This document shows, one piece after another, positions 42,427 through 56,002 of a stretch of DNA of 64,000 nucleotides (positions are counted from its first letter, which is position 1; each line of letters starts with the position of its first letter). The stretch is from the human T2T-CHM13v2.0 reference genome, Homo sapiens, in assembly GCF_009914755.1 (NCBI RefSeq), contig NC_060926.1, one strand, 5' to 3'. The notes beneath the pieces are model-generated. The model made no database searches, had not been told where the DNA came from, and worked only from the letters and a program-made list of their open reading frames with translations. The position numbers were made by a program, and so were the translations under genes.

Positions 42427-42812
42427 TGTCTCAGTCTTTTCAGACTGCTGTAACAAAATGTCATGGACTGGGTGGCTTATAAGCAACAGAAATTTATTTC
42501 CCACAAATATGGAGGCTGCAAATTCCAAGTAACCATCTCTGGCAAATTCAGTGAGTGCATAATCTCTAGCTTACAGATCACATTTTCTTACAATGACCTC
42601 ACATGGTGGAAGGAGCAAAGTTTCTATTTATAAAGCCCTTTTAATAAGGCCACTAATCCCATTAGGTTAATAGACTGTGCCTTCTCTCAATATCTTTACA
42701 TGACTTAAACACCTCCCAAAGGCCCACCTCCAAATACCATCACCTTGGGTGTTAAGATTTCAACATTTGAATTTGGGGGGGTAAGGGAAGAACAAGCATT
42801 CGAACCATAGCA
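42427..42812 (-). mobile_element. MaLR LTR (MLT1A/MST-like)
   Basis: tgtctcagtc...ggactgggtggcttataagcaacagaaatttattt...cattcgaaccatagca. Confidence 0.85.
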
Positions 42813-43881
42813 GTTTAACTATATCTTTACTGATTTTCTCCTTGCTGGATCTGTTCATTTCTAATAGAGAGGTGTTGAAACCTTCAACTAAAATAGTGAA
42901 TTCATCTATTTCTTTGTGCATTTCCATCAGTTTTTGCCTCATGAATATTGATGCTGCATTGGTAGAATGATGTGTTGTTACAAGAATTGCTATTCCTTGT
43001 TGGAGAATTGACCCCTCTATCATTATGTAATGCCCCTCTTTATTTGTGGTAACTGTTTTTTTGGCCTGCTCTGTCTGAAATTAATTCAGCTAGCTACTCT
43101 TGATTTGATTAGTACTAGCATTGTATATCTTTCTACATTCATTTACTTTTAATCTTATGTGTCTTTATATTTAAAATGGGTTTATTGTAGACAACCTAGA
43201 GTTGCATATTATTTTTTGATCCATTCTGGCATTCCCTATCTATTAATTGGTACATTTAGAATGTTGTTGTTTAAAGTGATTGCTGATACAGTTGAATTAA
43301 TATCGACCGTACTTATTACTGTTTTCTTTTTTTAAGTAAAATATCAGAGACTTTATTTAACTCTTCAGGAATTACTAAGATATTATAAAGGGGAATTTGA
43401 GAAAACGGTCTTTTGTTATTTTTACTATATCTGGCATTCTCATTATGTGTAGGTTACACCTTTTGTAGTCGTGCCACAGTTCTTTGATGTTCTATTCTAT
43501 TTTAGCCTTTTTTTTTCCCTTTGGTTTTCAGTTTTGGTAGTTTATCCTCAAGCTCAGTGTTTCTTTCTTCAGCCATGTTGATTCTGCTAATAAGTTCACC
43601 AAAGACATTCTTCATTTCTGTTCACATTATTTTTTATCTCTAGCATCTCTTTTTGATACTTTCTTAGGCTTTTCACCTCTCTGCTTACATTTCCTATCTG
43701 TTTTTGCATGCTGCCTACATTTTCTGTTAGAACCTTTAGCGTGTTAATCATAGTTGTTTTAAATTCCTGTTCTGTTAATTTCAAGATCCCTGCCCTGTGT
43801 CTGTCTCTTCAAACTGTGTGTTTTTTGTTTGTTTGTTTGTTTCTTTTCTGCCATTTAGAGTATGTGTGTGTGTGTATCTTT

Positions 43882-43939
43882 CAGATAGATGATAGATAGA
43901 TAGATACATAATAGATACCTAGACAGATAAGATAGATAG
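43882..43939 (+). repeat. Imperfect (GATA)n
   Basis: gatagatgatagatagatagatac...gatagatag. Confidence 0.85.
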
Positions 43940-44807
43940 CGGAACAGGATGTACTGTGTAAAATGAATTACTCTAAATATGTCGTTAGTAATGCGGTTTT
44001 AAGGTGTGGGAGGAGAGAAATTAGTTTATAGTCCTGTGATAAGGCCTCTGTCTTTTAGTGAGCCTATTCCTCGTTACTGTGAATGTTTACAAGTGTTCTG
44101 CAGTTTTTCTCTCCTTCTATAGGTGGAATAGGATAGCTAGAGTGAGCTAGAGTTTGATATTTTCCTTTACTCACATGGAAAGCTAGAGGCTAGAGTTAGA
44201 TATTTCCTTCCTCCCAGAGGAAGTTTGAGTCTGATAAGATTCAGCAGGTTAGACTCAGGTTAACTAGTTCCTCCTGAGGGCACACCTGTTTAAGAAGAAC
44301 AGCGTGCTCTCCCGTAATTCAAAATGGTTCCTTTCCCCACTCCCTGCTGGGAGCACAAGGGAATTTTCCCCTCATGTCTAATGTGAGGACTCAGTCAAGT
44401 TTCTCGAGGTAAAACTGACAGAAGCACCTCACCCCCTGCCCCGCCGTGAATGAGTCCTTCTGCAGTTTTTAACTCTCAGTATTGCTCACACTGAGCCTAG
44501 AGCTATTCGTCAACTACTGTTCCAGGTTTCTTACCCTGCCACTGGTTCCACGGAGCTTTCTGTACAGGTAGGTTGTGATTCTTATGCATCTGCCTGTCTG
44601 TCACTTCAATTCTGGGAACAGTATTTTGCCCTGTGATGTCACTTCTTTTCAAATCTAAAAAGAGTTGTTGATTTTTCAGTTTGTTTAGCTCCTTACTTGT
44701 TACAACAGAGTGGAGATTTCCAAGTTCCTTACCTGCAGAACTGGAAAAATGCTCTATCATGTATATTTTATATTTCTATCTCCAAAGATGAAATATTTCA
44801 TTGTGAG

Positions 44808-44810
<3 letters not shown>

Positions 44811-44846
<36 letters not shown>
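44811..44846 (+). repeat. (TG)n microsatellite
   Basis: 18 TG units. Confidence 0.97.
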
Positions 44847-44849
<3 letters not shown>

Positions 44850-45656
44850 AAAGAAATCAATCTAAATATTCAGGAGCATCCCTAAGGCATATCATTGTTT
44901 CTTCCAATGATAGATTAATGAGATATTTGAGGAACTTAGGAGAATGTTACTCACCTGATGATGTTTGCTGCATTTTATGTTTGAGAATGTGCTTTAGGCT
45001 ATTATGAATTTAAATACTACTTCCCATGTTACTGAGATTAATAGTTATCTTTTCCCATGTTGGCCTTAAATTGATTCCTCAGGCTTTACTTTTCCCCACT
45101 CTTAATGTTAAGGACTCAGACACTCAACTTTTAGTTTTCGTGATGGCCTTGCCACAGACTTCAGAACCTCCAGGGAATGGCGATTGAAATAGACATAATA
45201 GACACAATACTTTAGGATCTACCAAGAGTGCATTATAATTCAGAGCAAAAAAGAAATGCAGAAAAGTTTCATTCATAGAATTGTTCATTATCACTCTCAT
45301 TGATTCTTCTTAAATTCAGCTCCTCATGGCCACAATGATTCAGTGGAAAAGCCTCAGGAAATTTGAAAGTGTGGTTTAAAATATTGTGATTGCCTTGTCT
45401 GTGTGGACAGCAATTTGATTACCTAAACATGAAATAAATGAGGGGGTGGCATTTCCATTGTTACTCCCTCGCTCCTTAATCTGTATCAAAGCAGTATACA
45501 CATATCAACCCATTTCAGACTTAATATGAGGCTTTCAAAATTGAGCAATAAATCATTTTGATAAAGAAATCTATAAAGGAAACAAATATTTTTATATAGG
45601 AAGCAGCTTTCCAAAATTTAATTTTGCAAGAATCTTATTTAGAAATATGAGATACA

Positions 45657-45955
<299 letters not shown>

Positions 45956-46153
45956 GAGATATAAAATATATGCCATGAAACAGCTGGTAGAAAACACAAG
46001 GTTATGTACAGGCAAGTATGAGAAAAATGGATCAAAGAAGTATATTTTGATGTCCATAATGTGAAAGAGAACACTTAAATAATGTAATTTGAAAGATGCT
46101 AGAGAAACTCCCTGTATCCCAATGTATGTTACCATGCCAGTATGTTAGTGAGC

Positions 46154-46544
46154 AAAAATACTTTGCATGCAAGGGTTAATGGTTCACAGATGCTTACACT
46201 GTTATTTCTCCACTATATATTTCTCTTCAGTATATACTGTTGAAGTATAGCATGTATATATATAGAAAAAAAGCCCCCATAACTGAGTTCTCCTGCAGTT
46301 TTTAACTCTCATCATTGTTCTCGTTCATGTGTATATATACATGGTATATGTCAACAGTTAAACTATTTATATATAATAGACATATATAGCATATATTTAT
46401 ATGGCATACTTCAACAGTGTGCGTGTGTATATATATAATATATATAAAACATATATATTATTTACATATGAATCCTCAAATATATATGGGAGAAATAACT
46501 GTAAGAGTCTGTGAACCATTAACCCTTGCATGCAAAGTATTTTT
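46154..46544. repeat. Inverted repeat with ~68-bp arms (outer 37 bp perfect) around a TA-rich spacer
   Basis: 46154-46190 is the exact rc of 46508-46544. Pairing continues imperfectly to 46222/46478. Confidence 0.95.
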
Positions 46545-47069
46545 AGATCAGCGAAACTCCATAAAATGGGAAATTATATGAGGAAGAAATTTTATGGAAG
46601 TATTATAGCCAATAGCTACAGCCAAAATATAGACATCTTTGGAATGAGATCAAGGAGGGGTGAAAGCAGAATGGGTAAATGAGAGATACCAGACAAATTT
46701 TACAAAATATTGCTCTGGCTATAAGTATTTAGACAATTTTGCCCTTGTTTGAAACCAAGGGCTAATTAATTATATCAGGGAAATCTGGAGAGCTTTAGCA
46801 GCAAAGTCTTATTGTAAAAAGTAAAGAAATTAACCTCTGAGCCATTTGTTTCCTCTGTAGACAAGCAAAGAGAAGCAGAGATGAAAGTAGGAGTGTGGGT
46901 AAATCTGTTCAAAATTCCTCATCTAGTCAATTTGGCTTTAAAAAATGCAGAGCGACTTGACTGGCCTAGTGTATTCTTTAATGTGTAGAGAGTTTCTTAC
47001 TTGAAAGGTTCAGTTTTTCAACTGAATAACTGTCAGAAAAATTGTAGGTGTCTTATATATTTTTATCTT

Positions 47070-47500
47070 TACCACTTTAGTGCAGGCTCATTTGACTTCC
47101 AGCTGCCAGAAACAGGGTTTTTTTTTTTTCCCTTTGCCTGTGGTTTATCTCTGGCTAATCACCAAGCTTCAGCAACTTAAGCGTGGGGTCAGTTATGCTG
47201 GAGATTAGGACCACTTGGGAGCAGTGCTTAACCAATGACTACAGGGAGTTGATGAGAAAAATACACCAATCTCCATGTCCCTTGTGTGGCATTAGAGGCA
47301 TGATCTTCACATTGGCTCTTAGTGTGTCCCTAGCAGAATTAAGGTTCACTGACACACAGTGAGTAGCTGGCTTAATAATGTGCCTTGTCTAATTTCCCAA
47401 ACCCTACTAAGTGATTTCTTCACCTTTCAAATAAACGACTTGTGAGAGATCTTTGTCTCAGGGTCTACCACTGAGACAATTTCACCTGACTTAAGATGAA
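47070..47500 (+). mobile_element. ERVL LTR (LTR16-like)
   Basis: cagggagttg...agctggcttaataatg...caaataaacgacttg...ttgtctcagggtct. Confidence 0.6.
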
Positions 47501-47523
47501 AATTTCACCTGAATTAAGATGAA
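47478..47523 (+). repeat. 23-bp tandem duplication
   Basis: aatttcacctga(c/a)ttaagatgaa twice. Confidence 0.9.
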
Positions 47524-48551
47524 AATCAACTAAGCAAGTTATTTGATATAATGTAAATCTATGTGGATCACTTCTTTTATTCCATAAATGCTATCACAAA
47601 ATAAACAGTTTATTTGGTGACTAGACCTCCGAAAGCTCTGCCTGTAGAAAGGGAGACATCGGGAGCTTGAGTGTTTTGGTGGATATGAGGCAATAAAACT
47701 CATTCCAGTGTAGCCATTTTCAAGAAGAGTGGATGCTGAGAGTGGCAGTTTGTAGTTGTGGTTACTAATATAGGCACATGTACTGAGCCATACTTCTGGC
47801 CTCTACTCCATATGTGCTGCACAGCTGGCTAAGCTGCTGGAGGAGCCTACTGCATAAGACAGCCTGCAGGTCTTGAGATAAAACACACCTGCTCCTGCTT
47901 GCTTTCTTCTGGGACCTTCCACGTTAAACTGAATCATCTCTTTTTCAATAAAGACAGGGCTCAGTTATGGGAATACAACAAGCACTGGGTGCCAGGAATA
48001 GAAAAAAAGCTGGAATCTACAGAAGCAAGTTGACAGGACATTATTCTAGACAAAAAGAGAGATGTGTCTGCCAAGTTATACTGGTCACATAGCACTAGCA
48101 TTACCGAGACATCCATAATCCTGCAAAAGAATTTTTAGAGAAAAATAAGCTCAATTCTCAGAGGACTACAGATTTACATTTGTTTCCAGTGACCCACTGT
48201 TACTTACATGGCTTGCTACTGAGATCCTTCAAGCAAAATATTAGAAAGACCCTACCGGAAACTTCAATTCTTACATACGTTTATCACTTTTGTCCTTAAA
48301 ATTTAGTGTCCTTAAGCAGTATTTCCACACATATAGAATTAAAATAGCCGGTCAACATACATTCTTTCTGGTTCACATTCTTCTTTTTTCTTATGAACTT
48401 TGTTGACTCAAGCAGCCTGAGCTATTGAGAACTCCTGACTTCTCAAGAATCAGAACTCACACTCAAGAAAGCTAAATGGTTCATGGTTCTTGAATAAATA
48501 TGTGAGTTTTTCCTGAAGCGAGCGAAGCTACTTTTGTGAGTCACTGCATCT

Positions 48552-49602
<1,051 letters not shown>

Positions 49603-50385
49603 TTATGAGTCAATATGAGAGTTAGGAGAGAGGATGGAGGCAACATCCCTAACATATCTCTGAACTAGTGGGTCTGGTGTACTAGGCGTTCCTCTCATCA
49701 ATATCTCCTCTCTTTCTCTCTCTTCCCCCACCTGATTCCCTCCTGAGCATCTTTCCAAAGGCTATTGACTCTCCCTTCTTCAGTAGAGGCAGTTACCTTT
49801 TAATCTTGTATGTTCAGTCTGATGTGTACATTGCAGGATTTAGAATTTACAGGAAGATTAAACTTGGTCCTTTCTATCTTCTGTAGCTATTTCTTCTTGA
49901 CTCCTTGGTCTTCTGATAATCATTTGATCCACAAGCCTGGTTTACAATGAGGAAAACATGGGCCATATTTAGATAGAACATGGTTGTGGTTTACACAAGT
50001 TGGATAAGAAACTGGTGAATAAAGAGGCCTTCACAGTTTTCTCTAGGGATTTTATGTCAGTTTCCAAGAAATCACTACATAGTTTGCTCTCTCCATTGCC
50101 TTTCTATTAACTATGCATCATATTAAAGAAGCTAAGAGCAATTTGTTGAATTCAGGCCAAGAGAAAGGTGAGAAATTGTGTGACAATTAATAATGATGAA
50201 TTCAAAACATTAGGTTATTATGGAGATTCTTGTTAAAACCTTTAGAGGCAAACAATAAATTATGCCAACTTTGATTTTGCCAATACCTCACTAACTCTTT
50301 TGGTGATGATCAGGAATTGTTTATAAATGTCTGTATACATCAATTTCAGAAAGAGAATCTTACAGAAGGATAGCTCAATTTCTCT

Positions 50386-51650
50386 CAGCAATATTCAATA
50401 GAAATATTCAAAACACTGTTAAAGTAAAAAATATTCATGACACATTTGTTGAAGATGGTAAGGTAGATTTTATTCAAGAGGAGCCATGATGATAAATGTA
50501 GGCACCACTGCAGTGGGATCCTGCAATAGGGAAAATAGATTGGACTTAACTTCAACTTCAATAAGAACAAGTGAGAATTTATAACCAAGAAACTGGGTAA
50601 ATGTCAGTGGATGCAAAATTACTAAGAGGAAACTTCTGGGCAAGGTGTCAGGGTCCCGGGGGCAGAGAGTGGTTGGCTCATGGATGGTAAAATAATTTAC
50701 CAACAGTGGTTTAGGTTTGAAAAGAAAAGTTTTATTAGAAGGAATGCTGCAGCAGAGTACAGTGGGGCGCTTATGCAAGAGAAGACTGAGCACGCCTCGG
50801 TGCATTTTCTTTAGGCATGTTTGTGGACCTTAATGCAGGAACTTCAGGGTAATTTGTACCATATTAGTCACCTAAGTGATGGTCAATTATTACATTTGTA
50901 GACATTTTGGTACCTTGATATCAGCAAGGGTTGCACAATGAGTTTTGACATGCCTGCATTCCAGAGATGTATAGAAATTCTAGTTACTTAGAAATTCTTG
51001 GGAAAGAAGCCTGTACTAGATATGGCTTTAAATAATAGGGAAGTTTAATTATCTCTCAATTCTTCAGATAAGGGGTCTTGCCTCAGAGGGTCTGCTTGAT
51101 GGCCACCAGGTGATATTTTCTCTTCTCAGAAACATCAAGGATAAGGGGTTTCTAGCTAAATTGACTTGACAGAACCATGCTGAAGGCAAAGCAGAGTGAT
51201 AAGGTATCTAGAGTAATTACATACCAAGCATGGGAGATTCTCCCTAAATTGCCTTACCAAGATTTTTGCTTGAACTGTATTCTATAAGGACAGAAAAGGA
51301 AGCCTGAGGTCAGACCTAGTCAAGTAGAGGACTCAGAGGAGCTCAATTAAAGGTTCTATCCAAAGAAGAGAGTCTTTGTAAGCACATATGTAAACTTCCA
51401 GTTTCTAGTTGTCATATTAAAAAGAAACAGGTAAATTAATTTTAATAGTATATATACTTAACATATCCAAGCTTTTTTAATTTCAAGATTCAATTAATAT
51501 AAAAATTATGAGATATTTTACAAATTTTTTGTACAAAGTCTTTGAAAGCTTGTGTGTGAATTATAATTATGTCATGTCTCAATTTGGACTAGCCACATTT
51601 CAAGGACTCAAGAGCCAACATGACCAGTGGCTACCATGTTGGACAGCAGG
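50386..51650. mobile_element. MER33-like hAT element, split by LTR insertions (pieces 50386-50416 and ~51380-51650)
   Basis: cagcaatattcaatagaaatat | cacatatgtaa...tttggactagccacatttcaag...tggctaccatgttggacagc. Confidence 0.7.
50417..51379 (-). mobile_element. MER31/MER67-like ERV1 LTR containing a second LTR (~50647-51130)
   Basis: tgttaaagtaaaaaatattc...gattttattcaag...caccactgcagtgggat. The inner block starts tgtcagggtccc and has its own ttttatt. Confidence 0.6.
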
Positions 51651-52269
51651 TCTGTGCGACATCTGGACACAAAATTCAAGGATAAAAGTGCTGCTTTTCT
51701 CAGACCCAATAAAACACTTATTGCTCAGGTGGCATTTCTATAATACAGTGATGAATATTCTATAATTCTATGATTATAACTCACAGTGGATAATGCCTTT
51801 TTCTAAAATGAATTGCTTACGTTTAGGCACTACGTCCACCGCTCGGCACTGCATATCTTGGAATTGTCTCAACTTACTCCTTGGCATCTGTAGAAGGATA
51901 CAGTGACGTTTATTGCTTGTAGGACATGATTTGTTTGGCACTGAATAGGTAAACAATAACAGAAAGTATGGATGGTATAAATTTTAAGTGATGTTTGCAA
52001 TATGCATTTGGGAGTTTTTAGAATGGGAGCAAAATTTGCTCTTTTTTTTTTTTCCACATGCTTTAATCTATTTGTTGAGATAGCTTCATGGCTACAAAGA
52101 ATACTGCAAAAATATTTGGTAGAGCATCCTCTTCTCTTCTACAAATGTTTCTTGATAATCAGTAGCAAAAAAGCAGAGGTGGGGGAACCATGTTTTAATG
52201 GTGCCAATTTCTTTGTTGTTTTTCTGGTCAGTGCCTGCTGCAAAGAATATAGAAGTGCATGGGTTCCAG

Positions 52270-52796
52270 ATAGCTGTTCTGGGCATAAAACTATTCTACT
52301 CTACATCCTGGGAAGAGACCAGTCTCAATTAATCCTATATAGCCATAAAGCATTAATAAAACATTTGAAACTGGAATGCCAGTTCCTGTAATGCTTACAG
52401 AGACCAAAGTTAATCACTAGAAACAACTCTAGATCCTTATCAGCCCAGAGATGGCACCAGAGGAATCTACATAATAAACTTGACTGATTCTTACCATTAC
52501 TAGTCTCCCCGTGTAGTTGCTTTCCACACTTTGCTGCCCTTAGAAGTGCAAAGTTCTTTCCTTTGTTTTGTCACTTCTCTAAACTTTTATTTTTCTTTTG
52601 TTAAGATGCTCTATCAGCCCAAGTTCTACTCCTTTTAGTTGCTCATGCAGAATGCTCCCATGTGTAAGCAGGATGCACAGGTTAATACATTGGTGTTTGG
52701 TTGTCTCTTGTTAATCTGTTTTTGTTTTTGTCAGTCTAATTTACAGGGCCTAAGAGAGGGGTACTAGGAGGGAACAGTATTTTTTTCTCTCCTACA
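52270..52796 (+). mobile_element. ERV1 solo LTR (MER34/39-like)
   Basis: 3' end ctcttgttaatctgt...ttgtcagtctaatttacagggcc...tttttctctcctaca. Confidence 0.55.
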
Positions 52797-53916
52797 GCGC
52801 AAAAACGTGGACCTATTTTTACTTATGAAGATTTCTTTGCTCTTTCTTACTGGAGTAATCTAGTACATCTGTTTTACCGTTTGCATTCCTTCTTCATATT
52901 TCAAAGGGTTTTGTGCAACAGAACATACTGCAGTATCCTATGTAAGAATGTTCTCACTACTTTAGTTTTAGCAGAGAATATAATTGGGATGTTCTATTTG
53001 TCAATATTTACTTTTTAGCTCAGCAAGACCTGCAAGAATCAATCAATGAAACCTCAAATACAGAAAACCATTTTATGGTGACAAATACTCTATATTAAAG
53101 TATCTCAGTTTTCCGCAAATTGTATACAATATTCCTTGCTAAGCCCTAAGTCAAATGCCAAGATAACTTTTAATAACTCAAGAAAAAGAAAAATTAAGAA
53201 AAAAAAGCTTTTCTCTCTATAAGAACTCTAGGAAAACAGTCAGTTCTATTTATAGCTAAGTTGTGTTACATTTAAAATATTTTCAACTTCAGAACTTTGC
53301 TTATTTTACCAATAGACATGGGGCTTTAAGTTAGGTATAAAGCAAATTCAAAAATCTTTCCCAAAACAGTAGATCTCCTTGTCACAAAGTTCTGTAGTAT
53401 GTGACTCTATTGGAATAATTTCAAATTCAGAATCAACAGAGTCACATCTCCTAGGGATTGTTAGAAACCTAGAAATGTGATACAGGAAAAAGAAATAGTA
53501 AGGAATGGTAAAAGCTGATGAGAAGATATTATTGAAAAAATGTGTTAAAATCATTTTTAAAAGCTGGGGAATTGTATAACCAGATCTAGTATTGAACTAT
53601 TGTTAGTAGGAAGAGAAAAGAGATAACCTGGGCATGGAAATTGTGCTTTTGAGAGTGTCTTAAAACCCAAAAGGCATTAGAAAAAAAATAGCTTTTTAAA
53701 ATAAAAAAGGAAACTTTACATTTGGATGAAGACTCACTTCCAGAAATATAGCCACTAAATGTCTACATTATATAAAGAAAAAAAGTCTATTTGAAACTGG
53801 CAGTGATGAGAAGAATGTATGAATGAAAAACGTAAACTGACCAAAGAATACTGGATCACAAATTGTAAAGTAATTGAAAGTGTACTATATTTATATTTAT
53901 TGATTTTATTGGTAGG

Positions 53917-53977
53917 AGAGAGAGAGAGTGTGTGTGTGTGTGCGCGTGTGTGAGTGGGGGGTGGGGTGGGGAGTGGG
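53917..53977 (+). repeat. (GA)n-(GT)n microsatellite followed by a G-run tract
   Basis: gagagagagagagtgtgtgtgtgtgtgcgcgtgtgtgagtggggggtggggtggggagtggg. Confidence 0.9.
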
Positions 53978-54619
53978 TTTCAGTAAGTTCATGTGAAATC
54001 AGTTTCCCAAACAGCATTTCCTAAAAGATCTTAAACTATTCAGAATAATTTATTTCTACTCTATGGTGTATCATTTACCTCAACGCCTGAGGGTTTTAGG
54101 TAAATAAACCCATTACTTAACACATATTTTGCATCATATTTTCCAGTTTTCATTATGAAATAGTCAATACATTTCATTAGAAAAAATAATCTGGCCCCAA
54201 GATTTTAAATTCATACAAGAGTTTCAACGTTCCCGCCAATGTATATCTTAGTTTCCCTAATATGGTACATTTAATACTCCCATCTTAATCCTGCCTAGAA
54301 GTCAACATTCAGTCTCCCTGATTTTTGCACAAATATTTCAACTATATTCATATTTAAATGCATCTCACAGCTAATTTCTTTGCTTAGAAGTTCTATTCGG
54401 CTGTGTAGGACTTGAATGTCTAAACAGCCTCACTTTACACCATTGCTTTTCAGTGATTTCCTTCCAGGATGCTAGTATTCGATTTGGAATTCAAACAGTT
54501 TTATGTTTGAGAAAAGAAAAAGAGAGATGCAAATACCTTATAAAGTAGAGGCACTTTTTTCCTAATACAAACATCAACTCTATTCGGAGGATAAAAGTTT
54601 AATAATTAATCTATTCTTG

Positions 54620-55170
54620 AACATAATTGAATAATTATCCAGAGCCTACTATGGACAAGGCTAGTGCGCTGGTGATTATGGTGTAGGAGTGGAGGAGGAC
54701 ATATAAAAATGAGTAAGCTTCTTGATATCTAAGAAAATTAAGCTATTAATGAAGACGAGCTATACATAAATAATTTACAGTGCAAGGAAATAAATAATAC
54801 ATGCCATGGGAATGGAAATGAGTGTTTTGCATTCAGAGAAGACAGAACACACTCAACTGTGATGATTGGAGGAGATTTCAGTCAGTAAGTGACATATTAG
54901 ACACAAAAGATGAATAAGATTTACACAGCAGGCACAGCAGTCCATGAGAACAACACAAACAGCAGTTCAGACTTGGAAAGGCCTGTGCTGGATTCAGGAA
55001 ATGATGCTTACCATGAGGAGAGCAGAGGTTCCCTGCAGTAGGGCAATAAATCATCTCATGAAGGGCCTCAAAGGACCCAGGAGTTAGTCCTTGGTGAAGA
55101 TGGACTATTCACAGTGATTTGAGCAGTGAAATCACATTGCAAAATGGTGTTCTTGGAAGGAAAAGACACT
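54620..55170 (-). mobile_element. L2 fragment
   Basis: ttatccagagcctactatggacaagg...acaaaagatgaataaga...tttgagcagtgaaatcaca. Confidence 0.6.
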
Positions 55171-55571
55171 ACTATGTGATTATACGGAGAAGATTAGTGG
55201 CAGTGCCTTGTTAGAGGGAAATCCTGTGAAGGATATGAAAAGATATTGTGAAAAACAATCAGCCAAGTGGTTGCCACAGAGGAGAGGAAACATGAAATGC
55301 CTGCTCTGAGAGGGGGGTGCAGCATTAAAAACAGAGCATGAGGCTGAGGGAGGAGGGGCTTTGTCAGGGAATAGGCAGTCTAACGACAAGCAGAGACTGA
55401 ACTGTGCATGTGCAGACATCCAATGGGCCGGGAATTAATGAACATTAGAGGACAGGAATGCCCTGGGGCATTAAGATTTATGTCTTTGTGTAAGCAGTAA
55501 ACTTTGTCGGTAAATATTCACTGATGTGAAGCATTCCTGAGGATTGAAAGAGCAGGCCACAGGAAATATAA

Positions 55572-56002
<431 letters not shown>

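Larger units (their letters stand above)
39424..44750 (-). mobile_element. Old L1MC/MD-like element from 3'UTR to 5' region, with internal deletions
   Basis: ORF2 remnants (FIAIPIKILASYF; EN-like IDEFTILVEGFNTSL) and an ORF1 coiled-coil remnant (43596-43784), in colinear order. Confidence 0.85.

Noticed and set aside
44944-44960. Perfect minus-strand donor CAG|GTGAGT
   Set aside because: Isolated, with no convincing partner acceptor or reading frame. Expected by chance in 64 kb.
46154-46544. MITE or DNA transposon reading of the inverted repeat
   Set aside because: No TA or 8-bp TSD, and the ends resemble no hAT, Tc1/mariner or piggyBac TIR I recognise. Kept as a fold-back structure pending a Dfam search.
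52002-52391. 129-aa ORF (also the 132-aa ORF at 23977-24375)
   Set aside because: No recognisable homology or splice structure, and they partly overlap decayed repeats.
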